Shown here: positions 21,189 through 33,041 of the stretch, piece by piece | How the letters are laid out: each line of letters begins with the position of its first letter | Numbering within the stretch: the stretch's first letter is position 1 | Assembly: GCA_964291215.2 (NCBI GenBank) | Contig: OZ219790.1 | Location: forward strand, 2,464,001-2,528,000 | Direction of reading: 5' to 3' | Source of the DNA: Alphaproteobacteria bacterium | GTDB taxonomy: Bacteria; Pseudomonadota; Alphaproteobacteria; MPNO01; UBA830 | DNA length: 64,000 nucleotides | Notes under the pieces: generated by a model | What the model was told of the DNA's origin: nothing | The model's database searches: none | The model's input: only the letters and a program-made list of their open reading frames with translations | Position numbers and translations under genes: made by a program

Positions 21189-22366
21189 CCCCACTTCCGG
21201 TCTGAAGTGCAACACCCGGCCCTCATCGCAGTGAGGGCGTAGCCCGAACGGAGATGAGGGCCGGGTGTCGCGCAAATTTTTCCCCTCTGCCCCTCTCGAT
21301 TCCGCCTGGGAACAGCTTCAGTTCCTTCAACATCGAGCTTATGCAACGCCTTTGTCGGCTTCAAGCCACTATTCCGCCGTCGCGCGGCATGGACCCTGCT
21401 GCACGTTGCGGCTTTGGAACATGGCGCAGATGGTCAGGGCGGTTTCACTTCAAGATTACCTCCGTCGGCGATCCCAGGACTTTCCGAGTGTTGAGCCGAT
21501 CCTTCTGAACATCTTCGTTGCATATCGCGCGAAAGTCCGTGCCCTTCGGGAAGTACTCCCGCACCAGGCCGTTGGTGTGCTCATTCAAGCCGCGCTCCCA
21601 AGAATGGAAAGGCGAAGAAGAAATCTGCGTCAAGTGCGACACGCCTGTGGTCTGCGAACTCCTTGCCGTTGTGATTGTGTGGACCAATAGCGCACCAGAG
21701 CCGAGCAGGCGGATCATACCAACCGTGTCTTTCTGTCCACCCAGCAAGACGTATTTCGTGGCACGATCAACCAGCGACAGCTCCACTGTGAGCTTTGCCG
21801 ATGATGGCTCCCGGTCGCCGACCCGTTCCTTTGCCTCCGCAGGGCGCTCGGAAATGTCTACCCGGCCGGAATGGCATCCGCCCTTCCAGTTCGGCTTCTT
21901 GCCGCGCCGCCGAAGCTTCAAGACGCCCCCAGCTCTCCGATCTTCGGCGATCATGGATCCGTTCACGGCCCTCCAGTCGAAAACGGCCGCTGCTCGGGGC
22001 CCTCCCGCAGCTTTTTCTGAGCTTCAACCCGAGGCGTCAACCGCCAAGAAACAGACGAGGCGGCCCTGCGGCGCGTTTCTGCCATCCTTTGCGCCTGCTT
22101 GTGACGGTAACCCCGTCCCCCGGTGTTGCGCTTGATCTCCCGGAAAATTGTTGATCGGCCCAGCTGCCGAGCAATCGCACCTTGTGAAAGACCGCTTTTC
22201 TGCCTCAATCTGGCATCGCTCTTCGTAGGTGACGGTAGCCTTTGGACATGAACAAGCTCCCTCCATCTTGTACAGGAACTCTCGCCGCTACCGCTCCGCA
22301 ACATCATGCGTCTAAAAACACATGGCCACAGCCCATCATGTGTTGCACTTCACTATGGAACGGGGG
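21189..22366 (-). mobile_element. IS30-family element, degenerate
   Basis: IARQLGRSTI.REIKRN, ISERP, LVDRATKY, SWERGLNEHTNGLVREYFPKGTDF; TIR core TTCC.....TGAAGTGCAACAC at both ends; boundaries approximate. Confidence 0.9.
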
Positions 22367-22794
22367 CGAGCAAACGAAGAAGGGCAAGTTCAGGGTCGGC
22401 CGCAAACCATCCCGGTAACGGGTCCACCGCATCCTGCGGCGGATCAAGGAGGCCTTGCGCACGCGGTGGTACGACAACCGGCACGAGACGGCCAAGTGGC
22501 GAGTGATCAAGGGCTGGCTCAACTACTACGCCGTTCCGGGAAGCAGTGAGTACCTGCAGGAGTTCATATATCAATGCAGACTGCTGCTCATGCGTGCCCT
22601 TTGGCGGCGCTCCCGAACGGACCGCACCGAATGGAGGGACATGGACACCCTTGCCCACTGGCCCAAGGCCAGCATCCGCCACCCGTGGCCAAGCCAGCGT
22701 CTTGTCGTCAGGACCTGAGGGAGGAGCCGGATGCGAACAGCGCTCGTCCGGATCCGTGCGGGGGGACCGGGGAAACCCGGTTCCCTACCGCGAT
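22367..22794 (+). mobile_element. Group II intron 3' fragment (maturase X domain, DV, DVI), 5' part lost at the IS30 junction
   Basis: GWLNYYAVP, IRHPWP; DV GAGGAGCCGGATGCGAACAGCGCTCGTCCGGATCCGTGCGGGGG; ends CCCTACCGCGAT. Confidence 0.9.
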
Positions 22795-22830
22795 ACTACT
22801 TCGACGGGGGATCATGCCGTGCGCACCCGC

Positions 22831-23760
22831 CTACTCTTGTCCGGCGCCGAAACCGCCGACGATGCCGCGCTTCTCGAAGGCGCCCGCGGCTTCCGCATGG
22901 TTCGGGCCGTGGAAGCCACCCCGGATGATATCCCCCGAGGCTCCGAAACCGAACGTGCCGTCCGCGCTGACCGGAACGTCGTCGAAGCGGACGGCGCCGA
23001 CGGACCAAGCATTGCCGTCCGCATTATCCCGGATGTTGTCGATCGCCACGTCGATCGTACCGGCCGCAGCGCTCCAGGAGAGAGTCGCGTCCCCGGCCAA
23101 GCGGGTTCCGGCCGCGGCTCCCTCGACTGCCGTCCCCACCATGCGCCCGGTCCATGTCGCGCTGGCCGGCGGCCGCGACCCTGTCAGGTCTCCGCCTGCA
23201 AACCCGAAGCGCGCTATCGGCTGCCCGGGTTCTTCGGCCACGCCGAACACGCTGTGCGTCATCCAGTAGCCATAGGTTTTCCGGTCACCGGATCGGTATT
23301 GGAAGTCGGTCGCACCGTCGTGGGTGGCGCCCTTGGCGACGCCTGAAATATCCGCCGGGAACAAGTCGGAGATCGTCCGGGCCGGGGGCGCGCCCCCGCC
23401 GGTCCACAGGCAGCGGGCCCGAGTGCATGTGGCCGTCGCGACAGGACTACTTCCGGCATAGGCGCCGGTCGCGACGAGGGTATCCGCGCGCCGGGCGAAG
23501 TCCCGGGCACGTGCCTTTTGCTCCTCCGGTCCCTCCGACCCGGACAGATCGACGCCGAATAGCTCCTTGGCGACATGATCGCCGACATCGCTGCCCAATT
23601 TCTTGAAATCGGAACCGGAGCAGGCGCCTAAAGTCAGCAGGAGAACTGCCACAACGGCCCCGGGAGGACCGGATATTCGGGCCTTCCGGCAGCAAAACAG
23701 GTAGGGCGATTCGGTTCTGGACATGCGACGGAACACCTCTGCTGTCGCCTCTTTCATCAA
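22831..23760 (-). CDS. Surface lipoprotein with TbpB/HpuA-like C-terminal beta-barrel
   Basis: Lipobox LGAC; ATWTGRMVG; GGFHGPNHAEAAGAF..GIVGGFGA at C-terminus; true start uncertain. Confidence 0.65.
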   Translation of the reverse strand: MMKEATAEVFRRMSRTESPYLFCCRKARISGPPGAVVAVLLLTLGACSGSDFKKLGSDVGDHVAKELFGVDLSGSEGPEEQKARARDFARRADTLVATGAYAGSSPVATATCTRARCLWTGGGAPPARTISDLFPADISGVAKGATHDGATDFQYRSGDRKTYGYWMTHSVFGVAEEPGQPIARFGFAGGDLTGSRPPASATWTGRMVGTAVEGAAAGTRLAGDATLSWSAAAGTIDVAIDNIRDNADGNAWSVGAVRFDDVPVSADGTFGFGASGDIIRGGFHGPNHAEAAGAFEKRGIVGGFGAGQE

Positions 23761-23894
23761 TGCTACCGCTTATGGTGCCGGCAGCTGTGGCCGCATGTCA
23801 AGCAGAAAAGCGGGCTGACCAGCTTGATGAACATCCGCGCCTGCGTGCGTGGCGCCTTGGCCGGTTCGAGAGGGAAGACGGTCCTGATCCTCGC

Positions 23895-24941
23895 CTATTG
23901 CAGCGTGATCTCTGTCCTGTGCCCGATCCGGAAAGGCCCTGTCGGCGCCTCTCCGGAGACGATGAACTCCGCTCGGTAGACGCCTGGCTCCCAACTCGCG
24001 GACTTTCGACGCTTGCCGGCATAGGAGAAATAGCGCGCCCGGTCCTCATCGATCGAATGCCGGTTGTGGAACAGGATGCGGCCGTCCGGGCCGGAAATGA
24101 CTGTCTCGATCAATGTGCCCGAAAACGCGCCCAGCAGGACCGTGTATCCGACGAGCGCCGCCGCAGTTGCCGAAGCGACCCGCGGATAGCCGCCATGCAT
24201 CGCCCGGTCCGTCTCGGGAACCTCCGCCGCCAGGCCGGCGCGATGGACAATCGTCGTCGTGTAGCGCGCCGGATAGTCGGAGGCCCGCCACAGCCCCGTT
24301 CCCGTCCGGCCGGAGGCCGACGCCGTGCAGCGTGGCGGGTCGGCGGACTGCGCGCCGGTGAAGGGATCGACCGGCCGGCCGTTCCTCTCAACCTGGAAAT
24401 GCAGATGCGGAAGCTCCGAGTGGCCGGAGCTTCCCGTCCGCCCCAGCAGGTCTCCTGCCGAGACCCGCGCGCCCTTGCGCACCGTGACGCTCCCGCGCTG
24501 CAGATGGCAGTATTGGGTCGTCCAGCCGCCGCCGTGGTCCAGGCGCACGCCGTTGCCGCATTCCCTGCCTTCCCGGCTCGGGTCGAACCCCCTCACCGGG
24601 CTGTCCTCCATTCCGTCGCGCCATCCCAGCACCACGCCGTCGGCAGCTGCGACGACAGGCAGCCGCGCGCCCGGATCGACGGGAGCGATATCCGTTCCCT
24701 CGTGCCCCTCATAGGTCCGAAGCCCGCACCGGTAGTCCCGGTAGGCGGGCCCGGACTGGAGATCCATGTAAGCGAAGAACCAGCAGTCCGTCCCGATCTT
24801 GCAGCGCACGGGAAAAAGGAGGTCCGGCGGGTCCGCCGCCTGCGCGCCCGCTCCCGCCAGGGCGGCGCAAACTGCCGGCAGCGCGACGGCGCGGCGCGTG
24901 CGCCGAAGAAGCCGCGCAAGGTATTCCCGCATCTCCATCAT
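23895..24941 (-). CDS. M23-family metallopeptidase
   Basis: HEGTD, GNGV, TQYCHL, G.SG.S.LPHLHF motifs; signal peptide. Confidence 0.9.
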   Translation of the reverse strand: MMEMREYLARLLRRTRRAVALPAVCAALAGAGAQAADPPDLLFPVRCKIGTDCWFFAYMDLQSGPAYRDYRCGLRTYEGHEGTDIAPVDPGARLPVVAAADGVVLGWRDGMEDSPVRGFDPSREGRECGNGVRLDHGGGWTTQYCHLQRGSVTVRKGARVSAGDLLGRTGSSGHSELPHLHFQVERNGRPVDPFTGAQSADPPRCTASASGRTGTGLWRASDYPARYTTTIVHRAGLAAEVPETDRAMHGGYPRVASATAAALVGYTVLLGAFSGTLIETVISGPDGRILFHNRHSIDEDRARYFSYAGKRRKSASWEPGVYRAEFIVSGEAPTGPFRIGHRTEITLQ

Positions 24942-25033
24942 CGACCTGCCGAATTCCATGTTTCGAGTATACCCATCGTGGATGCATCCAGGAAGGCGGA
25001 CCCTGATCGGCGAGCTTCGGTGAGGGTGGAAAG

Positions 25034-25532
25034 GGGTGCAGTTCTCGTATGGCGAATCCAAACCATTGATTTAATACGGTTGTGCGGTCAGCGAGGCAGC
25101 GGCGAAAACGGGTTTTCGTGACAATCGCCCGTTTCGGGACAGGATTTTGTCACGACCCCCGCGGCATCGACAGGGTGATCCGGGCGCTGCGCCACCTTCG
25201 CGACACCGCGGCGCCAACATCGACAGGGAACTGTCCTTCTTTCGCAAGCATCGCCACCGCATGCGCTACCACGCGCTGAAGCAACCGGCTCGGGAATTGT
25301 CGAGGCGGCAAACAAGACCCTCGTCACACAGCGCATGAAACGCTCCGGCATGCGCTGGCGCATCGTCGGCGGACAATCACCTTCCACGCCCTGCTCAAAT
25401 CCGGCCGCTTCGAGAGCGCGTGGACGGCCATGATCGGTGCAGACGACGCACCAGCCAACGACAACATCAGCCCAAATCACACCCCGGCACTGGCCGCATG
25501 GTCTTACGAAGCGATCGATACCAAGCTCGCCC
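25034..25532 (+). mobile_element. ISKra4-derived non-autonomous element copy 1
   Basis: Left end GGGTGCAGTTCTCGTATGGC; MRY..GSGIVEAANKTLVTQRMKRSGMRW; near-identical to 44943-45448. Confidence 0.75.
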
Positions 25533-25549
25533 GCGAGACCAAGGCGGGC

Positions 25550-25610
25550 GATTACGCAACCTGATGTCTGAAAATTGTCGTGAAGCTGATCGAGCTGTTC
25601 CCATTTGATG
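25550..25610 (-). mobile_element. IS256 right-end fragment truncated by IS66
   Basis: GATTACGCAACCTGATGTCTG... is the reverse complement of the IS256 end at 28625-28690. Confidence 0.8.
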
Positions 25611-26787
25611 GTAACTGCTCACCCCCTGGTTCCGGCTTGATGTCGGGGTAGAGTAACGAACGGGTTTTCGTGGAGATTTGACACCCGATTCGTTTAGTGG
25701 TGGTCATCGAGAACGACGGGGACCGCCAGTGGGCTACTTTGGATCGAAGGCGACGAGCGGGCTGTGCCAGCTGCTTCCGGGGCTCCGCATGATCTGTATG
25801 TGGAAACGCATCTCGGAAGCGGCGCGTTGATGAAGCGCAAGGCCGGGTGATGGCGACGGGCGGCGCGCGAGGAGTTCGAAGCGGCCAAGACCGCGGCGCT
25901 GCCGGCAAGGTGGCGGAAGAGGCCGTCATCCGCGTCTTCGTCATCCTGCTCGACATCCTCATCGTCGTCCTTCCGGAGAAGACTACGCACGAGCCGGAAC
26001 TCCGGTCTGCCGCCGTCACAGACGGACAAGAGCGTGCCGGGAGCAAGGGCCCGAAGCCGAACCGGCAGATGGGCGACAACCTGCGCAAGACCATCGTCAA
26101 GGAAACGGTCGCAACCTGCGACGCCTGCGGCGCCGACGGCCCCGTCGATCGGGAACGCCGCATGACATCGTGTTCGAGGTCGTCGAGCGCCGCGCCGAGG
26201 AATGCCCGAAATGCAAGGCCCGGTTCCCCGACAACATCCCGTGCAGTACGGCATCCAGGCCCTCGTCCCTGCTGGTCGCCCAGATGCTGTCCCTGCGCCG
26301 TCGCGCTCGTGCAGGCGATCTCCGGCATCAAGCTCTCCGAGGCCTCGGCTATGCTTTCACGATGCGTCATGGGAGGAGGCTGCCGTGGCGCACCTCCTGC
26401 AACGCCCGATGTCGACGATTTCGGATCAACAGCAAGTGGCTTCATGTCGTCGGGACGTGCAAGTTCCCGCACCGCAAGCAAGAGATCGGCCCGTGCTACA
26501 AGGGCGTCCTGGGCCTCGTACATGGCAGTGTAGCCACCAGCGGCAGCCACCTGCTGCGCGAACTGACCTTCGTCGTCGAGGCTACCGCGCGACTGATGAA
26601 GAGCCTGCTCCCTGCCACAAGGTCAACAAGAGCGCATCCAAAAACCCTGAACGAGGCCGGGCGCTACCGCACCATCAGGGCGCCAGGGAACTGCCCGACA
26701 TCCCGACGAAAGGAAAACACATCGCAAACGCGCACAACCTGCACGAACGTCTCGTGAAACACGAAAACCTGCGCTTCACAGACGACC

Positions 26788-29471
26788 ATCGCGGTAGGGA
26801 ACCGGGTTACCCCCCGCACATAACCGGACGTGCGCTGTTCGCTCCTCCCCTGACGACAAGGCGCTGGTTTGGCCACGGATGCTGGCTCAGTGGGCAGCGG
26901 TGAGGGTGTCTGTGTCCCCGGTGAAGTCCTTTTGGGAGCGTCGCCGAAGGGCACGCAGCTGTTTGCATTGGTGTATGAACTTCTGCAGGCTGCTTCCCGG
27001 AACGGCGTAGTAGCAGCCGTTGATGACTCACCACTTGGCCGTTTCGTGCCGGTTATCGTGCCACCGCATGCGCAAGGCCTCCTTGATCCGCCGCAGGGTG
27101 CCCGTTTGCGACCGACCCTGAACCTGCCTTTCCTCGTCTGTTCGCAGAAGTGCGTCATGCCGAGGAAGTCGAACGTCTTGTCCACGCTTCCGGCGGTTCG
27201 CTCTGGCAAACCGACCGAACTCGATGATTTTCCGGGTGCAGTTCAAGTGGGCCAGTCTCTCCCCAAGGTCTCAGCGCCGCCCAGATGCTGAAAGCCGCAC
27301 ACGAAGTCGTCCGCATAATGATCGTGTCCCGCTTGCGCCAGTGGTTCTGGAACCAGTCGCACGTAGTGCAGGTTCGCAAGGCGCCGCCCCTTGCGGTGTT
27401 CCCTTGCCAGTCGGTCCCTTCCATGACGCCGGCGTCACTTGATGATCAGACCCCCCGATCCGTTTTTTTCCCGGGTACTGTAACTTGATGTCTGGAAATT
27501 TATCTGAGATTTGCGCTTTGAGGCGTTTCACTGGGGGGCTAGCCCCCCAGTGAAACGCGGCGCCATCGTGCTATCCCATGGAGTTGTAAAACATTCATGG
27601 AGGAAGCGAATGGACCTGCGACACACTACGACGATTGAGGCCGTTTTGGAACATCTGATCGCAAACGGAGCAACGGATCTGGGGCGGATCTTTGGTCAGC
27701 TCTTCGAGCTTGCGATGCAAATCGAGCGCGAGCAGCACTTGAGAGCGGGCCACCGGACACCGGAACGACAGGGCTATGCCAACGGCTACAAACGGATCGA
27801 CACCCCCACTGTTGCCAAACGGTCACGGGGACGACCCCCCAGTCGCTTGAACGCGGCCAGCGATCTTCTCGCGCCGTAGCCGAGATGTACATCAAAGGTG
27901 TTTCCACGCGGCAGGATGTAATGCGCGAGTTCGGGAGCCTGTCCTCTTCTCAGGTCAGCCGGGCCACCAAGTTGCTCGATGAAGAACTCGCCGCGCAACC
28001 GGCCCCTGATGAAATACCTGGATGCGCGCTATGAAAAAGCCCGCCATGACGGCGTTGTGCGCGATGTTGCAGTGCTCTCGGCCATCGGAATAGGGGCTGC
28101 AGGCACGTTCTGGGGCTCTCTGTGGCGCTCTCCGAGGCCGAGGTCCATTGGAGAGCCTTCCTGGAAAGCTTGCTAGCCCTGCATGGTACGACCTTCATCG
28201 TCTCGGATGCCGGGCTGAAAGCGGCACGACGCGCGGTGCTGGGCGCGGCGATGTGGCAGCGCTGCCAGTTCCACCTGGCGCAAAACGCCGTGCACCGAAC
28301 AATGACATCAGGAAACGTATTGGAAAACAGCTCGGAACCATGCGTCCTCACTCCAAAACGCCGAGGCTGAACTGGGCGCCCTCGTGGCCAGCTATCGCGA
28401 CAAGCATCCAAGCTTCCTGGCTGGAAAAGAATGCGGGGCTCGCTGTCTTCACCTTGCCCGATGCTCACCGCAAGCGCATGCGAACCTCGAACGGCATCGA
28501 GCGGCCGATCCAGCAAGAACTCAAGCGGCGCACCTCCAAAGTCAGGGTCTTTCCGAACCTCGCCTCGTTGGAGCGCCTCTCAACCGCGGTCCTCATCGAC
28601 AAAAAATGGGAAACCGAAACCAAGATCAAATGGGAACAGCTCGATGACTGAGAGCTTCACGACAATTTCCAGACATCAGGTTGCGTAATCGTTTCCCGAG
28701 CATCGCAACCAGATGGTCGCGGTTGTCGAAGAACCCACGGGCGTCAACGATCCAGTTGACCTTCCGCCGTTCCACCGTGACGGCGCATGATGCGCCCCGG
28801 CCGGAACCGAGGAACTCCGTTTCGCGGCACCAGAATCACACCGCCCGCTGAAGAATCTTGTCCGAGGCAAGTTGCCCCTCCTTGGGAATGTAGACCCTGG
28901 AGGCGCCCGCCCCTGTGCACACGGGCGTGCAGCAGTTCCACCCCGTACGTTTGCCACACAACGCCCCGCCGCCGCATCCTTCCTCAAGGAATGGAACGCA
29001 GAACATCACGTGGTGGAGTAAAGACGCTCTTCCGGGTTCCTCTTCGCTACCTGCCGCCTGTGACCCCCGCTTCTGCGCGCGGCGCGGGCCAACCGCATTG
29101 CCCTTCCCTCCAGCAACTCCGCAGGCTCCGGAGAGCCCTTGTTCGCCGCCTTCAGCGGTACTATGGCCGAATCTGACTTCTCGTTCATCATCGGCTTACG
29201 GAATTTCCTCTGCGGCCCCTCCACGACAGAGGGGCAAGACCTCCCAGGTCCCTGCTTCGGCCATGGTTCTCGGACCCCGCGGAGCCCCCCTCACCAACGC
29301 GGCTCGTTGCCTTCGGCCACGACCTCGGCACTCCGGTTTCAAAGCATCTCGTGGCTCAATAGCCTGGCCTGCCGCTCCCCAACGCTTCGCCTCACAACGC
29401 ATGGTTCACGGAGAAATTAGCCTCTCTCGGGACTTGCACCCGGCCACATTCCACCAGTTTGCCTGGCGCAC
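26788..29471 (-). mobile_element. Group II intron (no En domain, class D/E-like), degenerate, interrupted by IS256
   Basis: 5' GTGCG, 3' AT, DV/DVI present; RT fragments GTPQG, FDFLGMTH. Confidence 0.9.
27474..28690 (+). mobile_element. IS256-family element, degenerate
   Basis: TIRs GGTACTGTAACTTGATGTCTGGAAATT / GATTACGCAACCTGATGTCTGGAAATT; TSD GTTTCCCG (left copy has an expanded T run); YLDARYEK, WQRCQFH, RTSNGIER motifs. Confidence 0.9.
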
Positions 29472-30949
29472 CCGACGTCAGCTTCACCAACAATGCCGGA
29501 GAACAGAAGATCAGGATGGCAAAGCTCAAGGTGTCCGGATGCTTCCGCTCCACGCAAAAGCTTGGTGCCAAGCTACCTCACCTCCATAGCCGCACTCGGC
29601 TACAACCCACTCGTCGCCACCCAGATCGCCCTCGACGGAAAAGCCGCAGACATCATCAACGAGCACTACGACCAATCAGAACCCAACTAGGGGTGAGTAG
29701 ATACGATCAATTTATTTTAGCGAACGCCCTTAGGGCGCCGCCATGTCGAACATCCTTCCTCTTCCGGCCCGCAAGCGGGCTGTCCGTCGGGGGCCTCCCG
29801 GAGACGATGCCAGAGGTCTTTCCCGGTGAGCCTTCCGGCGACGCCGCACGATGCGCTGTTCCGGGCGCTGATCTCCGAGCCGGCCCGCGCCGCTTCGCTG
29901 CTCGCGGAGTACCTGCCGCCGGAGGTGGCCGCCCTCCTCGACCCCGAGGCCCCGCCCGAGGCGGTCGAGGGCAGCTTCGTCGACGAGGACGCCGCGCGGA
30001 CCCAGTGCGACGTACTCTTCCGGGTCAGGCTGAGAAGCGGCCACGAGGCGCGCCTCTATGTGTTGCTCGAACACAAGAGCCGCGTCGATGCTGACACGCC
30101 ACTCCAGCTCCTGAAATACATGGTCAACATCTGGCGCCGCGAGATCGAGAATGGCGGTGCCGGGGACAGGTTGCCGACGATCATCCCGCTGGTCTTCTAC
30201 CATGGCCGGGGCCGTTGGACGGCGCCGCTCTCGGTGCCGGGGATGATAGACGCGCCCGGGGAGTTGGAGCCGTTCGTCAGGGAGTTTGCCTATGTGGTGC
30301 ACGACCTTGGCGAGATTGCGCCAGACCGGCTGTCGGCCTCACCCGAGGTGCGTTCTGGCGCTCAGGGTCGTTCATGCCGAGGAGATACCGCCCGATCTTC
30401 TCGACGAGATGACGGGCAGGGTGATCTTACGCTAAATTCTGTCTGATTTTTCAAGGCAGTACCTGGGCTTTGCGGGGTCGCGGGTTGGTGCGGGAGATTT
30501 TTTTACAGTTTTCGCTGGCTTTCCTGCACTGAAGTTGTCATGGTGCGGGGATGTCGGTTCACAAGCACTTCGCATCCTGTCCGATTCACGTCGCAGCTCC
30601 GGAAGGGTCTGTCCGAGCATCCATGTTTCTTGGCAAGGTTTTTGCGGGTGTCTGTGGTGATGTTTTCTGTGGTTGTCCACAAGCGGTGTGGGATTTGCTC
30701 TGCGAGCGAGGCGACATGAAGCTTGTGGTCCCAGCGGCGGGTTGCCGTCCATTGGTCACGTGAACGCGGCTACCTTGCCGTCCCCGGGCACGTGACCGTC
30801 CGGGTTCCAGGTGTCCCAAGGCGGTTCGGTCTCCTTGATGTCGGCCTCGACGATGATCTGCAGACATTCTTCCCAAGTCGTGTCGTAGAGGGAGACTGTC
30901 GAGACAGTCCCGATCGCGCTCTCGGCAGGGCCGTGTCTCCTTCGCTCAC

Positions 30950-31693
30950 TCACCGGTGCTTCAGGCAACGCTGCTGTCGCAGCAAGGTGTTCGCCAGAGC
31001 TTGCGCATCACGGCGACAATCGCGACTTTGTGGGCCTTGCCGGCAGTCTTGAGGCGCACCAGGTCCGCGTTGAAGCGTGCCGGTTGCGGCCAGGAGATCG
31101 CGTGGCCTTCGGTGCCCGCCACGGATGTGCCGAGCACCGTGGTCGTTGGCGCCACCCCGATCAAGGCTGCCGACGCTGCCGAGTTCGGGCATCCAGCAAA
31201 GAAGGGCTGCGGCGGTCACCGGACCGGGGATCGAGGTCAGGATGGCATACCTCTGCTTGGGATCACCGGCGATCACCGCTTTGATCGCCGCGCCGGCAAT
31301 GCGATCATCGAGATCGGCCGCCGAGGCCCTTGTGACGGTCTCGCCATCTACCTCATCTGCCACCTGCTTGGCGTCGACAAGCGCGGCACCAAGAGATCCT
31401 CCAGGCTCTTGAGGAAGGCGAAGCCACAGGCTCGAGATCGCCCAGCCGATCTTGGCGTCGACGCGGTCGGTCTTCGCCAGATGGCCCATCGCCTCGGCGA
31501 AGCCCGCAACGGGTTGACGAGAATAACCTCGAAGCCCCGGTCATGAAGACACTGGTGAACCTTGCGGTGATAGCGGCCTGTCGCCCACCACCCGGCTCAC
31601 CCCGAGGCCGCGAAGCCACCTGCCCGTGGCGTCGTTCGCAAAACAATGCGCCAGATGTCCAGACTGGCTGACCCCTGCTACTATCTTGACCAT
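30950..31693 (-). pseudogene. IS110-family transposase copy 2, frameshifted
   Basis: MGHLAKTDRVDA, LTSIPG.PVTAAALL..MPELG, KVAIVAVMRKL. Confidence 0.85.
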
Positions 31694-32313
31694 CGTCCCT
31701 TGCTCCTCCCCTTACGATGATACGGGTTCAAACCCAAGTATCCAGCGAGGGACGTCAAGGGAGGTTGCCACACTCGGACACGGCCCTGTCAAGGTCGAAA
31801 CGGCAACCTCCGCGGAGATCGTTTGACCCCCTGTGCGTGTTCGCTCAGGGGAGCGGAATCTCTCTGCAACCATAGCTCTCCCACAGATCCACATTTTCCC
31901 GCCCCCAACTGCTGTGGATGATTTCATCATCAAGGGGACAAAACCTGGTCATATAAGGTTGAGGTTCGCGAAGCCTGAGGAGCGTCCGCTGCGTTGATGG
32001 ACGACTATCTCGGGTTTCGCTGTCTGGCGGGGCTGCGCCATGTTGCGTCCTTCAGGGGGCAGTGGTCTGGCCGGGGCCTTCAAGTGCCGCGGCCGGTGGC
32101 TGGAAGCCGGAGCAGCAGGGCTTGATCTGACAACACGCGACTGCTTGCGGCGCCGCGAACGTTTCCGAACCTTGCCTCCTTCTTTCGTAACTACCCAGGT
32201 ACCCTGCCAAGTGTGAGAGCTTGCTGATTTTGTTCGCCGTGTCGCTGCTCTCGGCCTTGACTGCATAGGCGCGCGCGCCTATGGGTTGCCCTCTCGCATG
32301 GGAGGAGCGGCTG

Positions 32314-32973
32314 GTGGGGTATTTCGGATCGAAGGCGACGACGGGTCTGAGCCAGGCGCTGATTGCGCTGATGCCGCCGCACTCTGTCTATATCGAGAGT
32401 CACCTGGGGGGCGGTGCGCTGATGAAGCGCAAGCCTGCTGCCGTGCGCTCGATCGGGATCGACCTCGATGAGCGGGCGCTTGAGGCCTTTGGCTGCGACT
32501 ACCCGGTGGAGTTGGTGCATGGCTGCGCCCACTCCTTTCTGGCGTCGTTTGCGTTTCTGGGCCCGGAGCTGGTCTACAGCGATCCGCCCTATCTGCACGC
32601 GACCCGGCGTTCGTCGCAGCGCTACCGCTTCGAGTATGCGGAGGCCGACCACGTCGCGCTGCTTGAGCTGCTCAAGGGTCTGCCCTGCCAGGTGATGGTC
32701 TCGGGCCACCCGTCTGCGCTCTATGACGACCTGCTGTCGGGCTGGCGCCGGCTGGCGCTGCAGGTGACGACCCAGGCCCGGGTGCGGACCGAGGTGGTGT
32801 GGTTCAACTTCGCGCCCGACCGGGTGCACTGGGCGCGCTTCGCCGGCCGGAACTTCACCGACCGCCAGCGCATCAAGCGCAAGGCGGCCAACTGGGGCCG
32901 GCTCTACGAGGCCATGCCGGCGGGCGAACGCCTGGCGGTGCTGGCCGCGATCATGGCCGGCGAGGTCCCGTGA
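32314..32973 (+). CDS. Dam-like (D12 class, alpha-group) N6-adenine DNA methyltransferase, intact
   Basis: GTG start after GGAGGAG; YFGSK, SAM-binding ESHLGGG, IGIDLD, catalytic DPPY, VMVSG, RTEVVWFNF. Confidence 0.9.
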   Translation: MGYFGSKATTGLSQALIALMPPHSVYIESHLGGGALMKRKPAAVRSIGIDLDERALEAFGCDYPVELVHGCAHSFLASFAFLGPELVYSDPPYLHATRRSSQRYRFEYAEADHVALLELLKGLPCQVMVSGHPSALYDDLLSGWRRLALQVTTQARVRTEVVWFNFAPDRVHWARFAGRNFTDRQRIKRKAANWGRLYEAMPAGERLAVLAAIMAGEVP

Positions 32974-33041
32974 CGGTGGCGCGAGGACCTCGCCGGCCAC
33001 GACGAGGCTTTTGCGTGCCTGCAGGACCTTTTCACCCCACA

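Larger units (their letters stand above)
25611..29704 (+). mobile_element. IS66 family A copy 2, containing a group II intron that itself contains IS256
   Basis: Both TIRs present; no TSD (ATTTGATG / GATCAATT). Confidence 0.9.

Noticed and set aside
32314-32973. MTase as part of a restriction-modification system
   Set aside because: No endonuclease gene inside or beside the element; it is bounded by IS66 TIRs
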